Assembly (NCBI GenBank): GCA_040285745.1
Contig: JAUFOR010000008.1
Span: 1,736,001-1,800,000, forward strand
DNA: 64,000 bases
From: Barthelona sp. PCE
Taxonomy: Eukaryota
Direction: 5' to 3'
Below, piece by piece: positions 31,101 through 38,663 of this stretch (position 1 is the stretch's first letter; the number at the start of each line of letters is the position of its first letter). Below the pieces are notes generated by a model. It did not search any database, was not told the origin of the DNA, and worked only from the letters and a program-made list of their open reading frames with translations. A program made the position numbers and the translations under genes.

Positions 31101-31902
31101 ACCCCGAAAGAGTTGTTTGAAGGAAGAATTATATGAACAGTATGTTGATGCAAAGATACCCAATATGAACAGAGGAGGTTTAGTTGAGGTTACAGACAGG
31201 GAACTTGTAAGACTAAAAGGTATGATGGTTTTTTCATTTTTACCCACCAAGTTCAAGCGCTGTGCAAGTGATTATCCCGCATTACATCTTATTAGTGATC
31301 ATCTTATTATTGATATGACAATAGAATTTAATGATCCTACGTTGTATAGAGGGTTAGTGGGGTATATAATTTCGATTCTTTGTACCAATTACTATTTAGA
31401 CTTTTCACCGTCCAATGAAGATCGCAAGAAGGTCGTAATGCGCTATACACCAGAAGTAGAACCCCCAACAAATGTGAGACCACCATCAGCAACGTTCTTT
31501 TTCAGTCCTAGACGCAGATCCAATCGTACAGAGAGTGAACTATCTCCAAGTGCCCAAAGTGTGCGTGAGCCCCCTTTAAGTGTTCAAAGGGTGGCCGATG
31601 AGTTCGATTTCAATGATACAGGTATTAGAGAAAGAGATGTTCGTGCAGCACTTGTTCATGGCCACACCCACGAATCTGTGAAGGGTTTACCCGGTTTCCG
31701 AGCTATAATTAGACAACACAGCAGTGCATCTGCCAGCAATTCTGGAGTTGAGCGTGGATTTTCTATGTTAAAAAGACTGCATTCCAAGAATCAAACCAAA
31801 TTATTAGCTCGTATACGTTTTAATTGGTTTTTATTAAGTGAAGCTTCTGCAGTCCCAAGGATTACGTATGATAAACTGAAAGAAATAGTGAAAACTATCT
31901 AA
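28156..31902 (+). CDS. Oversized hAT-superfamily DDE transposase (start ATG 28156 or 28192)
   Basis: Motifs in hAT order (numbering from 28150): FMEFD327 (tentative D1), VVGTD482NG, C506ICH509VLN, R769W770 and SASNSGVE1201RGFS. Confidence 0.82.
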   Translation: MPVFKSFNVSIPMDKIRLCNEIEENDASYHIRVRLYTNGILADGKIGNYNEVGCLEIQNCVLPNAREFNAYKYAILTHEDLLATYNNIKGPKQNPVSRNVVSKASCHVIGLCIFTGKHYLRRISSKEHIKIIWSAMVNNWIKPEFDKDAFIEMIRIHNPKITDARLADMLDNVYTTTPSKRKFINDASLNSVTGITSKEGQGNIDYDERTCEWTCTDIGIIQDSIFPLRFQQLTEQNHQITKMKVSLARVNDARGFALPFVFNAMDKSLKSIKSEYGAASERAFRDYTTYYGKVVHPYILETIFNSAYVQAANNSENVTLFMEFDLSSDGYSAALIMLKVPTDLELVWVEHPFLESSTEMYTKKHLIITLEQYLDSLKGKFIIFDTFTTEFTVSHATEVVINPLDYPDFTVRNFEVPETDKGAKYKRAQDLCEQFLSRLKKYKIIQSYSIIERKNRDRWCLEDVIIDMGDSEVKIVVGTDNGTPEQLAFQKICDACSSISRVPCICHVLNKIMAKTSGFEFFPCSLQHQSYSPPYFDSFNSLRVSNETVTMDIIDQVSQNPFVEALSKKLDLSNLFTNRTISRSAAARLNSVVSLHETHPIFALSEPAAENESVTDDISGATINNLTEEWIESFVHSDSDVVEGGLISDDKLMFTFAYTSFHECQHLENLLSQRNACLLGVDLTLSNSLSNDAYRFNVLEHYTEFIDHLAMISLEKYAKMLDDQQKSLANFSKIQTLLTVDTMRVFYKYHVVWCFVTERSISLSNVRWDTLEWIYDVLCGGLYMDIPKILFLPEGTETIPDDFAITMSHFEITKKFLNLKYDEVKDLAIKRMLKSNNTVCDEDHYRHFLSPFYEAMKDGNKQPHEFSLGPDMWVLARNYFSTYSRMIFIQRMSSKNDFSVLQSYFQVSILLLELRKWRSDLRIENETSLAAIYHDGLFEYVRHYFCKFLIMPEPLVAFLLSDLSTVELQDHNKEVKDITNDKPRKSCLKEELYEQYVDAKIPNMNRGGLVEVTDRELVRLKGMMVFSFLPTKFKRCASDYPALHLISDHLIIDMTIEFNDPTLYRGLVGYIISILCTNYYLDFSPSNEDRKKVVMRYTPEVEPPTNVRPPSATFFFSPRRRSNRTESELSPSAQSVREPPLSVQRVADEFDFNDTGIRERDVRAALVHGHTHESVKGLPGFRAIIRQHSSASASNSGVERGFSMLKRLHSKNQTKLLARIRFNWFLLSEASAVPRITYDKLKEIVKTI

Positions 31903-32080
31903 ATTCAATTTTTTCATTTTTATGGTGGAGAAACATTTTTGTGGATTTATTGTGGGGTATCTGGTTCACAAGGTACATGAAAGCTTTCACATGTATTTCT
32001 GAGCACTCTAATATTGCGATATGTTTGGAAATTTGTACTGGAAAATTCCCCTAATAAAAATATGGAACAACTGTAGAAAA

Positions 32081-32163
32081 TCAACTATACCAATTTGGAT
32101 TCACTTACGCTTTTACTTTAACAATGTTTACTGTTGGGATCCGTCTCCTCATGCCATTGACCC
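32081..32163 (-). repeat. Right inverted-repeat core (83 bp)
   Basis: TCAACTATACCAATTTGG...CTCCTCATGCCATTGACCC; reverse complement of 28007-28089. Confidence 0.97.
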
Positions 32164-32232
32164 ATTGACCCCACGAAAGTAAACTTGGTATTCTTGAATC
32201 TCTAATGATTTCTTATATACATCCTTTTCAAT

Positions 32233-33222
32233 ATGCTGCATGATTTTGTGCAGTCAGATGCTTTGAAGCGTGTGTGTAGGGGGCTTCTGGGAAAGTTACC
32301 ATCCGTCTCAATGTTACCAATCAGAAGCTTGATTAGCTATGCTGCTCTTTCACCGCTAGCACTATTTAACAATGTTGATTTCGAAGTTGAGGATAGAGTA
32401 GAGCTGATTGATGCTATTTACGATCTTCATTCTCAATGTTCAAGCGGTTTCTTTGCTTCAGAGATCCAGTCGGGGATTGAATCATTTTCTTATGGAGATA
32501 TATCCATGACGTTCACAACAATATCCGTGCTCATCATGCTGGGTGACGATCTGCAGCGAGTTAATCGTGAAAGCGTGTGTCGTTTACTGCGAGAGTGTTA
32601 CAATGATGCAACTGGAAGTTTCTTACTTTCTAGAGAGGGAGAAATGGACGTGCGCGCAACATTCAGCGCAATTGCAACGTGCAAATTATTGAACATTAAT
32701 CTTAAGGAGAAAAACGAAATTCAAGCTGGTGTGTTAAAATGTCAAATGTGTGACGGTGGATTTGGACAGTCTCCCGGCCTTCCAAGTCACGGGGGATCAA
32801 CATTCTGTGCTATTTCGTCTCTTCTTTTGCTCCAAGAAATGGGAGTAATGACGCAACAATCTGTTTTTAAAAAATGTGCTAGATGGTGCCTCAGAAGACA
32901 CAACAGGGGGTTCCATGGACGCGAGGGCAAGGATGATGATACGTGTTACGGATTCTGGATTGGTGGTACACTTCGGAATTTAGGATACTTGAAGTATGTT
33001 AACAAAGATCGTTGGCTTACGCATTTGGGTAACACTGCGAGGTATAAACAAGGTGCTTTCGCTAAGTTTGAAGGTACAAAGATAGGAGATCCCATTCACC
33101 TCTGCTTTGGATGTTATGCTTATGCTTATGTCACTGAAAGTGCCAATGTTGACTCTATTATTGGTGTTCCTCAGCACTGCGTTGATGCTGTCTACGCTTT
33201 CGAACCCATGGAATGCAAATAG
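32233..33222 (+). CDS. PGGT1B: Protein geranylgeranyltransferase type I beta subunit
   Basis: Prenyltransferase repeats: LIMLGDDLQRVNR, EMDVR, DGGFGQSPGLPSHGGSTFCA, GFHGREGKDDDTCYGFWIGGTL and DPIH. Confidence 0.85.
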   Translation: MLHDFVQSDALKRVCRGLLGKLPSVSMLPIRSLISYAALSPLALFNNVDFEVEDRVELIDAIYDLHSQCSSGFFASEIQSGIESFSYGDISMTFTTISVLIMLGDDLQRVNRESVCRLLRECYNDATGSFLLSREGEMDVRATFSAIATCKLLNINLKEKNEIQAGVLKCQMCDGGFGQSPGLPSHGGSTFCAISSLLLLQEMGVMTQQSVFKKCARWCLRRHNRGFHGREGKDDDTCYGFWIGGTLRNLGYLKYVNKDRWLTHLGNTARYKQGAFAKFEGTKIGDPIHLCFGCYAYAYVTESANVDSIIGVPQHCVDAVYAFEPMECK

Positions 33223-33414
33223 GAATAATTGATTGAGGCCCAAAGTTTTTTTGCAAAGATTTCCAGTGGTTTCAATACTGTAGAAGATGGCTAGCTAGTT
33301 TGGCAATGTATCTTATGGTATAAAAATAGTAAAAACCCTGTAATGAAGAATTTAACTTTCATTTGCTTGTTCTCTTTTAGTTTACTTTTTTCAGTAATTT
33401 TGCACCATACAAAC

Positions 33415-36351
33415 ATGAGCAATACCGCTGAGAACATCACATCAACAGATTACGTTGTTCCTGAAGGTTTTGTCTTCGAAACAAGCCGTATAGTTGATGA
33501 AATGAACATTGAGTTGATCGTTATGAAGCACGTAAAGACGGGAGCAGTTGTCTACCGCATGAAAACAGATGACTCGAACAATTTAGTGCAGTTCAAGTTC
33601 CGAACACCTCCCACAAACAATAAGGGTATTAATCACATCATTGAACATTCACTGCTTCTTCGATCCGAGAAGTATCGCACCAAGGAACCATTTTCAGAGC
33701 TTCTTAAGAGCTCCATGAACACCTATCTTAACGCATTCACTGGTTCTGATTATACTGGATATGTTTTCGCCAGTCAGATCGGAAAGGATCTCCACAACCT
33801 GTGCTCTGTGTATCTGGATTGTGTTTTCCGTCCTGAACTTATTACCAACCCCAAGTTCTTCCAACAAGAGGGCTTCCATATTCATAATGAAGGTGGAGAG
33901 GGCGAGGAGACGACTGTTTCCGGCATCGTTTTCAATGAAATGAAGGGCTATTACAGTGATCCAGACTTTGTGATTTGGGATCAGATTGAACGTAATTTAT
34001 TCCCCGACACATCAATTGGTTTTGAATCCGGTGGAGACCCCATAGAAATCATGGACTTGACATATGAAGAGCTAATTGCGTACTACAATAAGTACTATCA
34101 TCCAAGCAACGCTGCTTTTTATTTATATGGTAATGATGATATCGAACAATTACTGCCCCTAATTGACGAGTACATCTCAGAGCATGAGGCGATCAATGTT
34201 GATTTTTCACGGATTCCCTACCAGGATGCCTTCACTGAACCTCGAACAATTGATACAAAGTACATGTTCGACACTGCTGTTGAGAACCGTAACTACATGG
34301 GAGTCGGATGGGCTATGCCTGCCGACTACACAGATGACCTAATCTTTAACAATTTCGCAATAGATCTTGTTGGTGATGCTCTCTTTTCCTCTCTATCAAG
34401 TGAGGGACAGAAAGCGTTAGTTGACACTGGTATCGTCACTAAGATCCACGCCCACAATGACGAAACTAACCAACAACCTATGTTTATCATTAGTGGTAAG
34501 GATTCATCACATGAATTACACGATTTTGATGTATTCAGTATTCTTCAATCATTTGTTGACAATGGTCCCGTTTCTCAGGAGCTCTTCATGGGTGTTATGA
34601 ACCGTATGGAGTTCCAATTACGCCAGATGGATTCAGCAGAGTCGCCACGTGGAAACACCTTGATCTCCCATCTGAGCACATTCCATTTGTATGAGAGAGA
34701 TATCAAAGATGCATTCAAGTGGAACGCCGCCCTTGAGAGACTCAACGCAGACGTCCGCAATGGTTGTGCTGAAATTCGTGCTATCACCAAGCGTTTCCTA
34801 ATCGACAATCCTCATCGCGTAAGTGTCATTATCAGACCAGATCCCACCGTATTTGACGCCGTTAAGGAGAAGGAGAAGGCTGTCATTACTGCTGAACTTG
34901 AGGAAAGGAGTCTGGAAGAGATTATTGCATCGACAAAGGAACTCCTCGAAATGCAAGCCAGAGTTGATACCCCCGAAGAGTTGGCGACAATCCCGCGCCT
35001 TTCCAAGGAGGATCTCCCAACAGAACCCAAGCTACAACCGTACACGGTCATCAACGATTCATCAGAGTATAGATTAACTCATGTTGAGCAACACACTGAC
35101 GGTATCAACTATGTAACACTCGTATTCCCCATCGAGGACATGCCTGCTTCAGACATCCTCCTACTACAGCGTGCATTCCATCTTCTGACAACGGTTGATA
35201 CGGAGAACTTTACATCTGATGAGTTAAGCGCAAAACAGATGATTCACTTTGGTACCTTCTATGTTTCCCTCACGCTTCTGACAGATGCTGAGACGTTGGA
35301 GACAAGGCCAGCAATTAAAATGCACTTCACACATCTCAACAGCGAGACCGAGCACATCCCCGCCTTCATCGAAGAGCTTGTCAAGCGCACCGACTATAGC
35401 AACCTTGATAAGGTCTTGACACAGCTCAAGATGCACGTTGTCAACTTTGAAAACGGACTCAAGGGTGCAGGAAGTCGCTACGCACGTATGCGTTCAGCCG
35501 CAAAGGTTTCTAAGGAGAAGCGTGTTGAGGAAGAGCTTATGGGTGTTTCTGCCTTCTTTGTTTTGAAGGATTACGTCAAACGTGTCGAAGCTGGTGAGAA
35601 CATTTTTGCAGATGTACAGGTTCTTATTGATAAAGTTTTTGCTGTTAAGCCCGAAATTATCATTTCTACTGATGATTTGGATCAGCAAAAGACACTTGTT
35701 CAGAAAATAATGACTATTTGGCCTGAGAAACGTACTTTACAGCCTCGTATTGTTTATGAGCCTCTAGAAAACTTAAGTGAAGCGTACATCATTCCAGGTG
35801 ATATTGTTTTCAACGCTATCTCAGTGTCTCTTGTTGATAACATGGATTACAAATTTTCTGGTAAGGACGTTGTACTTCGCAATGCTTTGGGTGATACTAT
35901 GTGGAACATTGTTCGTGTTCAGCATGGTGCTTATGGTGCTTTTGCAACTTCCAACCGCCCAGGTGTTATGACATTTTCATCATACCGTGATCCGTCATGT
36001 AATACACTTGATGTAATGCAGAAGATTGCACACTCTTTCATCCAAGAATATAATGGTGATTTTGATGGTCTCGTATCAGGTGCCATTTCCACATATGTCC
36101 CCCATCGTCCACCAAAGAACAAGCATGATTTTTGCGTTAGTGTTGTAGCCCAGAACTTGAACGATAACTATTTCTGTGACATGGTAACGGGTATTTTAAA
36201 TACAACAGAATCTGAACTGTTAGAACGAGCTGAAGCTGTGAATGCTATTTTTGAGGACAATAATAAGATTGCGGTTACAACATTTGGTACTAAGCAAAAA
36301 GTTGCTGAGAGTGATCGTTATGATCGTGTGATTTCGTTATTTGAGCAATAA
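33415..36351 (+). CDS. M16C presequence protease (PreP/Cym1/PITRM1-like)
   Basis: Inverted zinc motif HIIEH, plus KEPF, YLNAFT, GIVFNEMKG, SGGDP, YYHPSNA, VR..HGAYG and SYRDP. The probable start is ATG 33415. Confidence 0.93.
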   Translation: MSNTAENITSTDYVVPEGFVFETSRIVDEMNIELIVMKHVKTGAVVYRMKTDDSNNLVQFKFRTPPTNNKGINHIIEHSLLLRSEKYRTKEPFSELLKSSMNTYLNAFTGSDYTGYVFASQIGKDLHNLCSVYLDCVFRPELITNPKFFQQEGFHIHNEGGEGEETTVSGIVFNEMKGYYSDPDFVIWDQIERNLFPDTSIGFESGGDPIEIMDLTYEELIAYYNKYYHPSNAAFYLYGNDDIEQLLPLIDEYISEHEAINVDFSRIPYQDAFTEPRTIDTKYMFDTAVENRNYMGVGWAMPADYTDDLIFNNFAIDLVGDALFSSLSSEGQKALVDTGIVTKIHAHNDETNQQPMFIISGKDSSHELHDFDVFSILQSFVDNGPVSQELFMGVMNRMEFQLRQMDSAESPRGNTLISHLSTFHLYERDIKDAFKWNAALERLNADVRNGCAEIRAITKRFLIDNPHRVSVIIRPDPTVFDAVKEKEKAVITAELEERSLEEIIASTKELLEMQARVDTPEELATIPRLSKEDLPTEPKLQPYTVINDSSEYRLTHVEQHTDGINYVTLVFPIEDMPASDILLLQRAFHLLTTVDTENFTSDELSAKQMIHFGTFYVSLTLLTDAETLETRPAIKMHFTHLNSETEHIPAFIEELVKRTDYSNLDKVLTQLKMHVVNFENGLKGAGSRYARMRSAAKVSKEKRVEEELMGVSAFFVLKDYVKRVEAGENIFADVQVLIDKVFAVKPEIIISTDDLDQQKTLVQKIMTIWPEKRTLQPRIVYEPLENLSEAYIIPGDIVFNAISVSLVDNMDYKFSGKDVVLRNALGDTMWNIVRVQHGAYGAFATSNRPGVMTFSSYRDPSCNTLDVMQKIAHSFIQEYNGDFDGLVSGAISTYVPHRPPKNKHDFCVSVVAQNLNDNYFCDMVTGILNTTESELLERAEAVNAIFEDNNKIAVTTFGTKQKVAESDRYDRVISLFEQ

Positions 36352-36501
36352 ACAGCTTACCTGAGTTTAAATGTCTATCTATTTATTCTGCTCAATGATA
36401 TGAGTGAAATGCTAAAAGGATCTGCTTCAATCCAATAAATTCAAAAACTTGAATAGAGGAGAAACACGCTGTAATATCTGCAACAATGATGAAAACGGTA
36501 A

Positions 36502-37878
36502 TCACACTTCTAAATCATCACAACTACCGTAATCATTCACTAAAACTGATGAATCAAATACTTGAGATCTTCTCTTCTCTGAACGGACACCCTTGTACTT
36601 ACTAAGGAACAAAAGTCCAACAAAGTAAATAGCAGCCATCAAAAAAAATGTGGCAGAGTATCTATCGTCCATTGAAAGTGATGAAATGCTAAGGATTTTA
36701 CCAACTCCCATTTGTAACAATGCAGAACCAATAAAAGCAACAGTGCTAATGATTCCGATTGTGGACGACTTTGCAGAGGCGAGGATGGATACATCACCAT
36801 AAACAGGAACACATGCAGAACCACCAATAGCACCATGCATAAAGAACACAATGTAGAACATCCAGCCGGGGGTTGAAATCCAACCTTGAGCAAACAAAAA
36901 CACAGCTCCGAGAGCGTGCATCGCTTTGTTCATTGTGCTACTGTTAATGAAACGAGATAGATAGCCTACAATTTGTCCACCATAGAACATAGATGAAGAG
37001 TACAAAGCTGTAAGCATCGTGATCGTTTGAGTAGTGCATTTCGTGTAAGTCAGGTATCTGTTGATCATGAGACCCGCAACAGCAGACCATGGTGCATAAG
37101 TAGAGAATGCATTAAAGCACAAAATCTTTCCGTCCGTTGTTTTGAAAAAATCAATGGTGGATGCCACTGCCTGCTTCAAATCGAGCTTTGTTGTAACAAT
37201 TGGTTCACGGACTACTGTAATAAAAAGAATGTAAAAAAGAATCTGAAGTGTTAAACAAACTATTAAAGCATCTCTTGTAGTGGAATACATAGAAGGCAAA
37301 ACACTCGACATAAAGAGTGTTCCAATGGATGAAAAGGCAAAGAATACCGAAGTAAGGAAAGGAATTGACTTTTCTAGATAAAAATGAGGAAAAACACGTG
37401 ATGCTGAAATGTACACAGAAGAAGCTCCGCATGCCATAAAAACACGAGATAAACACAATACTAAATAGTTAGATGGATTCAGCGCAAGGAAACACCCAAG
37501 GATAATGAAGGGGAAAAGTACACCAACAGTCTTCTTTGATGAAAAGCGATCTGCAAGAAGACCCAATGGGAATTGGAGCGAACCATAGACAAGGTAGAAC
37601 AATGAAGCGTAGAACGAGTACTCTGAATCAGTCAAATCAAGACCAGTATCAGTGAAAACTGCAGGATAAACAAGAAAAGCTTGGGAAATTGTGTAACATA
37701 ATGCGTATGCCATAAAATTCATAAACTTGAATGAAGAGGTCGGATAGTGCTTCTGCCTCGCCATGGCGAAAACGTTTTCAAGAACTTGGGTTTCATTGTT
37801 TTGAGGAACAGCCTGTTCCTGATGATTAAACAAAGGATGAGGTCGTCCAGAAATAATAGTGTCAACGGGAGGTGTCAT
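36502..37878 (-). CDS. Major facilitator superfamily transporter
   Basis: About 12 hydrophobic helices and MFS motif A (PLGLLADRFSSKK). The probable start is ATG 37878. Confidence 0.9.
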   Translation of the reverse strand: MTPPVDTIISGRPHPLFNHQEQAVPQNNETQVLENVFAMARQKHYPTSSFKFMNFMAYALCYTISQAFLVYPAVFTDTGLDLTDSEYSFYASLFYLVYGSLQFPLGLLADRFSSKKTVGVLFPFIILGCFLALNPSNYLVLCLSRVFMACGASSVYISASRVFPHFYLEKSIPFLTSVFFAFSSIGTLFMSSVLPSMYSTTRDALIVCLTLQILFYILFITVVREPIVTTKLDLKQAVASTIDFFKTTDGKILCFNAFSTYAPWSAVAGLMINRYLTYTKCTTQTITMLTALYSSSMFYGGQIVGYLSRFINSSTMNKAMHALGAVFLFAQGWISTPGWMFYIVFFMHGAIGGSACVPVYGDVSILASAKSSTIGIISTVAFIGSALLQMGVGKILSISSLSMDDRYSATFFLMAAIYFVGLLFLSKYKGVRSEKRRSQVFDSSVLVNDYGSCDDLEV

Positions 37879-38663
37879 GATCACGAGAAAATATTGTGGG
37901 CATAGAGGTAAGATAAAGATTTGTAAACCTTGACCAAACATGACCCAACAATAATATCGAGGGCTGTTTGTGGGTCAACATGTTTGCTCTACGTGGTAAA
38001 AATCCCAAAAATATTGTACAGGTTAATTACAATGCGTTTTTTAACATCCGCTAATAAAATTCTCAAGTACCGATTTACGTGAAATAATTATGTTGCACGC
38101 GTTGTACAACATATTTAAAGGGAGATTCCATACATTAAATAAATGAATATGCTAAAATAGCAAAGTTTAAATGAGGTCACAATGACAATCGAATTTTGAG
38201 CAAACAAAGCACTTCAATAGATGGTTTGGAGTTGAACATACGAACCTTTCGAGAGAAATCGTGGTAAAAGGGTAGTAAATGAACAATATGACTTTAAACT
38301 TCATGGATCCTCTTGTTTCCGAAATAATTACTGCAGAATACTTGGATATGAGCTTTTTCGCACTCAGCACGCTTTACTTCTTGCAAAAAAATTTTCCAAA
38401 CTATTTCGTCCAATCATCTTGAGTATCGCGTCATAAGGGTAAATCAACCGAAATATTTGGATGAATGGGGTATATTTGCTCCTGATGTTTACAGTACAAG
38501 CAAATTTTGGCAGGGCATCATAGCAAGCGTCGCAACGCATTTACTGTTCCAATTAGAGTTTCTTAGCTTTGTATAATGGCTTAGCAACTCAAAAATACCA
38601 ATTTAACACCTCAACATCATTACACTATTTTTAACCTATTTCAGCCATATTTAAGGGCTAAAA

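Larger units (their letters stand above)
27947..32232 (+). mobile_element. hAT-type DNA transposon-derived cassette with long inverted repeats
   Basis: DDE transposase ORF flanked by 83-bp inverted repeats (82/83 identical) plus ~60-70 bp of degenerate outer inverted repeat; no target-site duplication found. Confidence 0.85.

Noticed and set aside
31974-31995. Near-palindrome TACATGAAAGCTTTCACATGTA downstream of the transposase as a guide/structured RNA
   Set aside because: Only 22 nt with no larger fold or repeat context; insufficient evidence.
32101-32125. ACGCTTTTACT in the inverted repeat resembling U5 snRNA loop I
   Set aside because: It lacks one C of GCCUUUUAC and has no flanking complementary stem or Sm site in the right place.
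27930-32250. 8-9 bp target-site duplication around the transposase cassette
   Set aside because: Flanks were compared at both the core and outer boundaries; only inverted, not direct, similarity was found.
38167-38540. Two short minus-strand ORFs (MRCDACYD..., ~58 aa, and a 67-aa ORF) as a gene or pseudogene
   Set aside because: They are in different frames with no recognisable motif and no convincing splice signals joining them.
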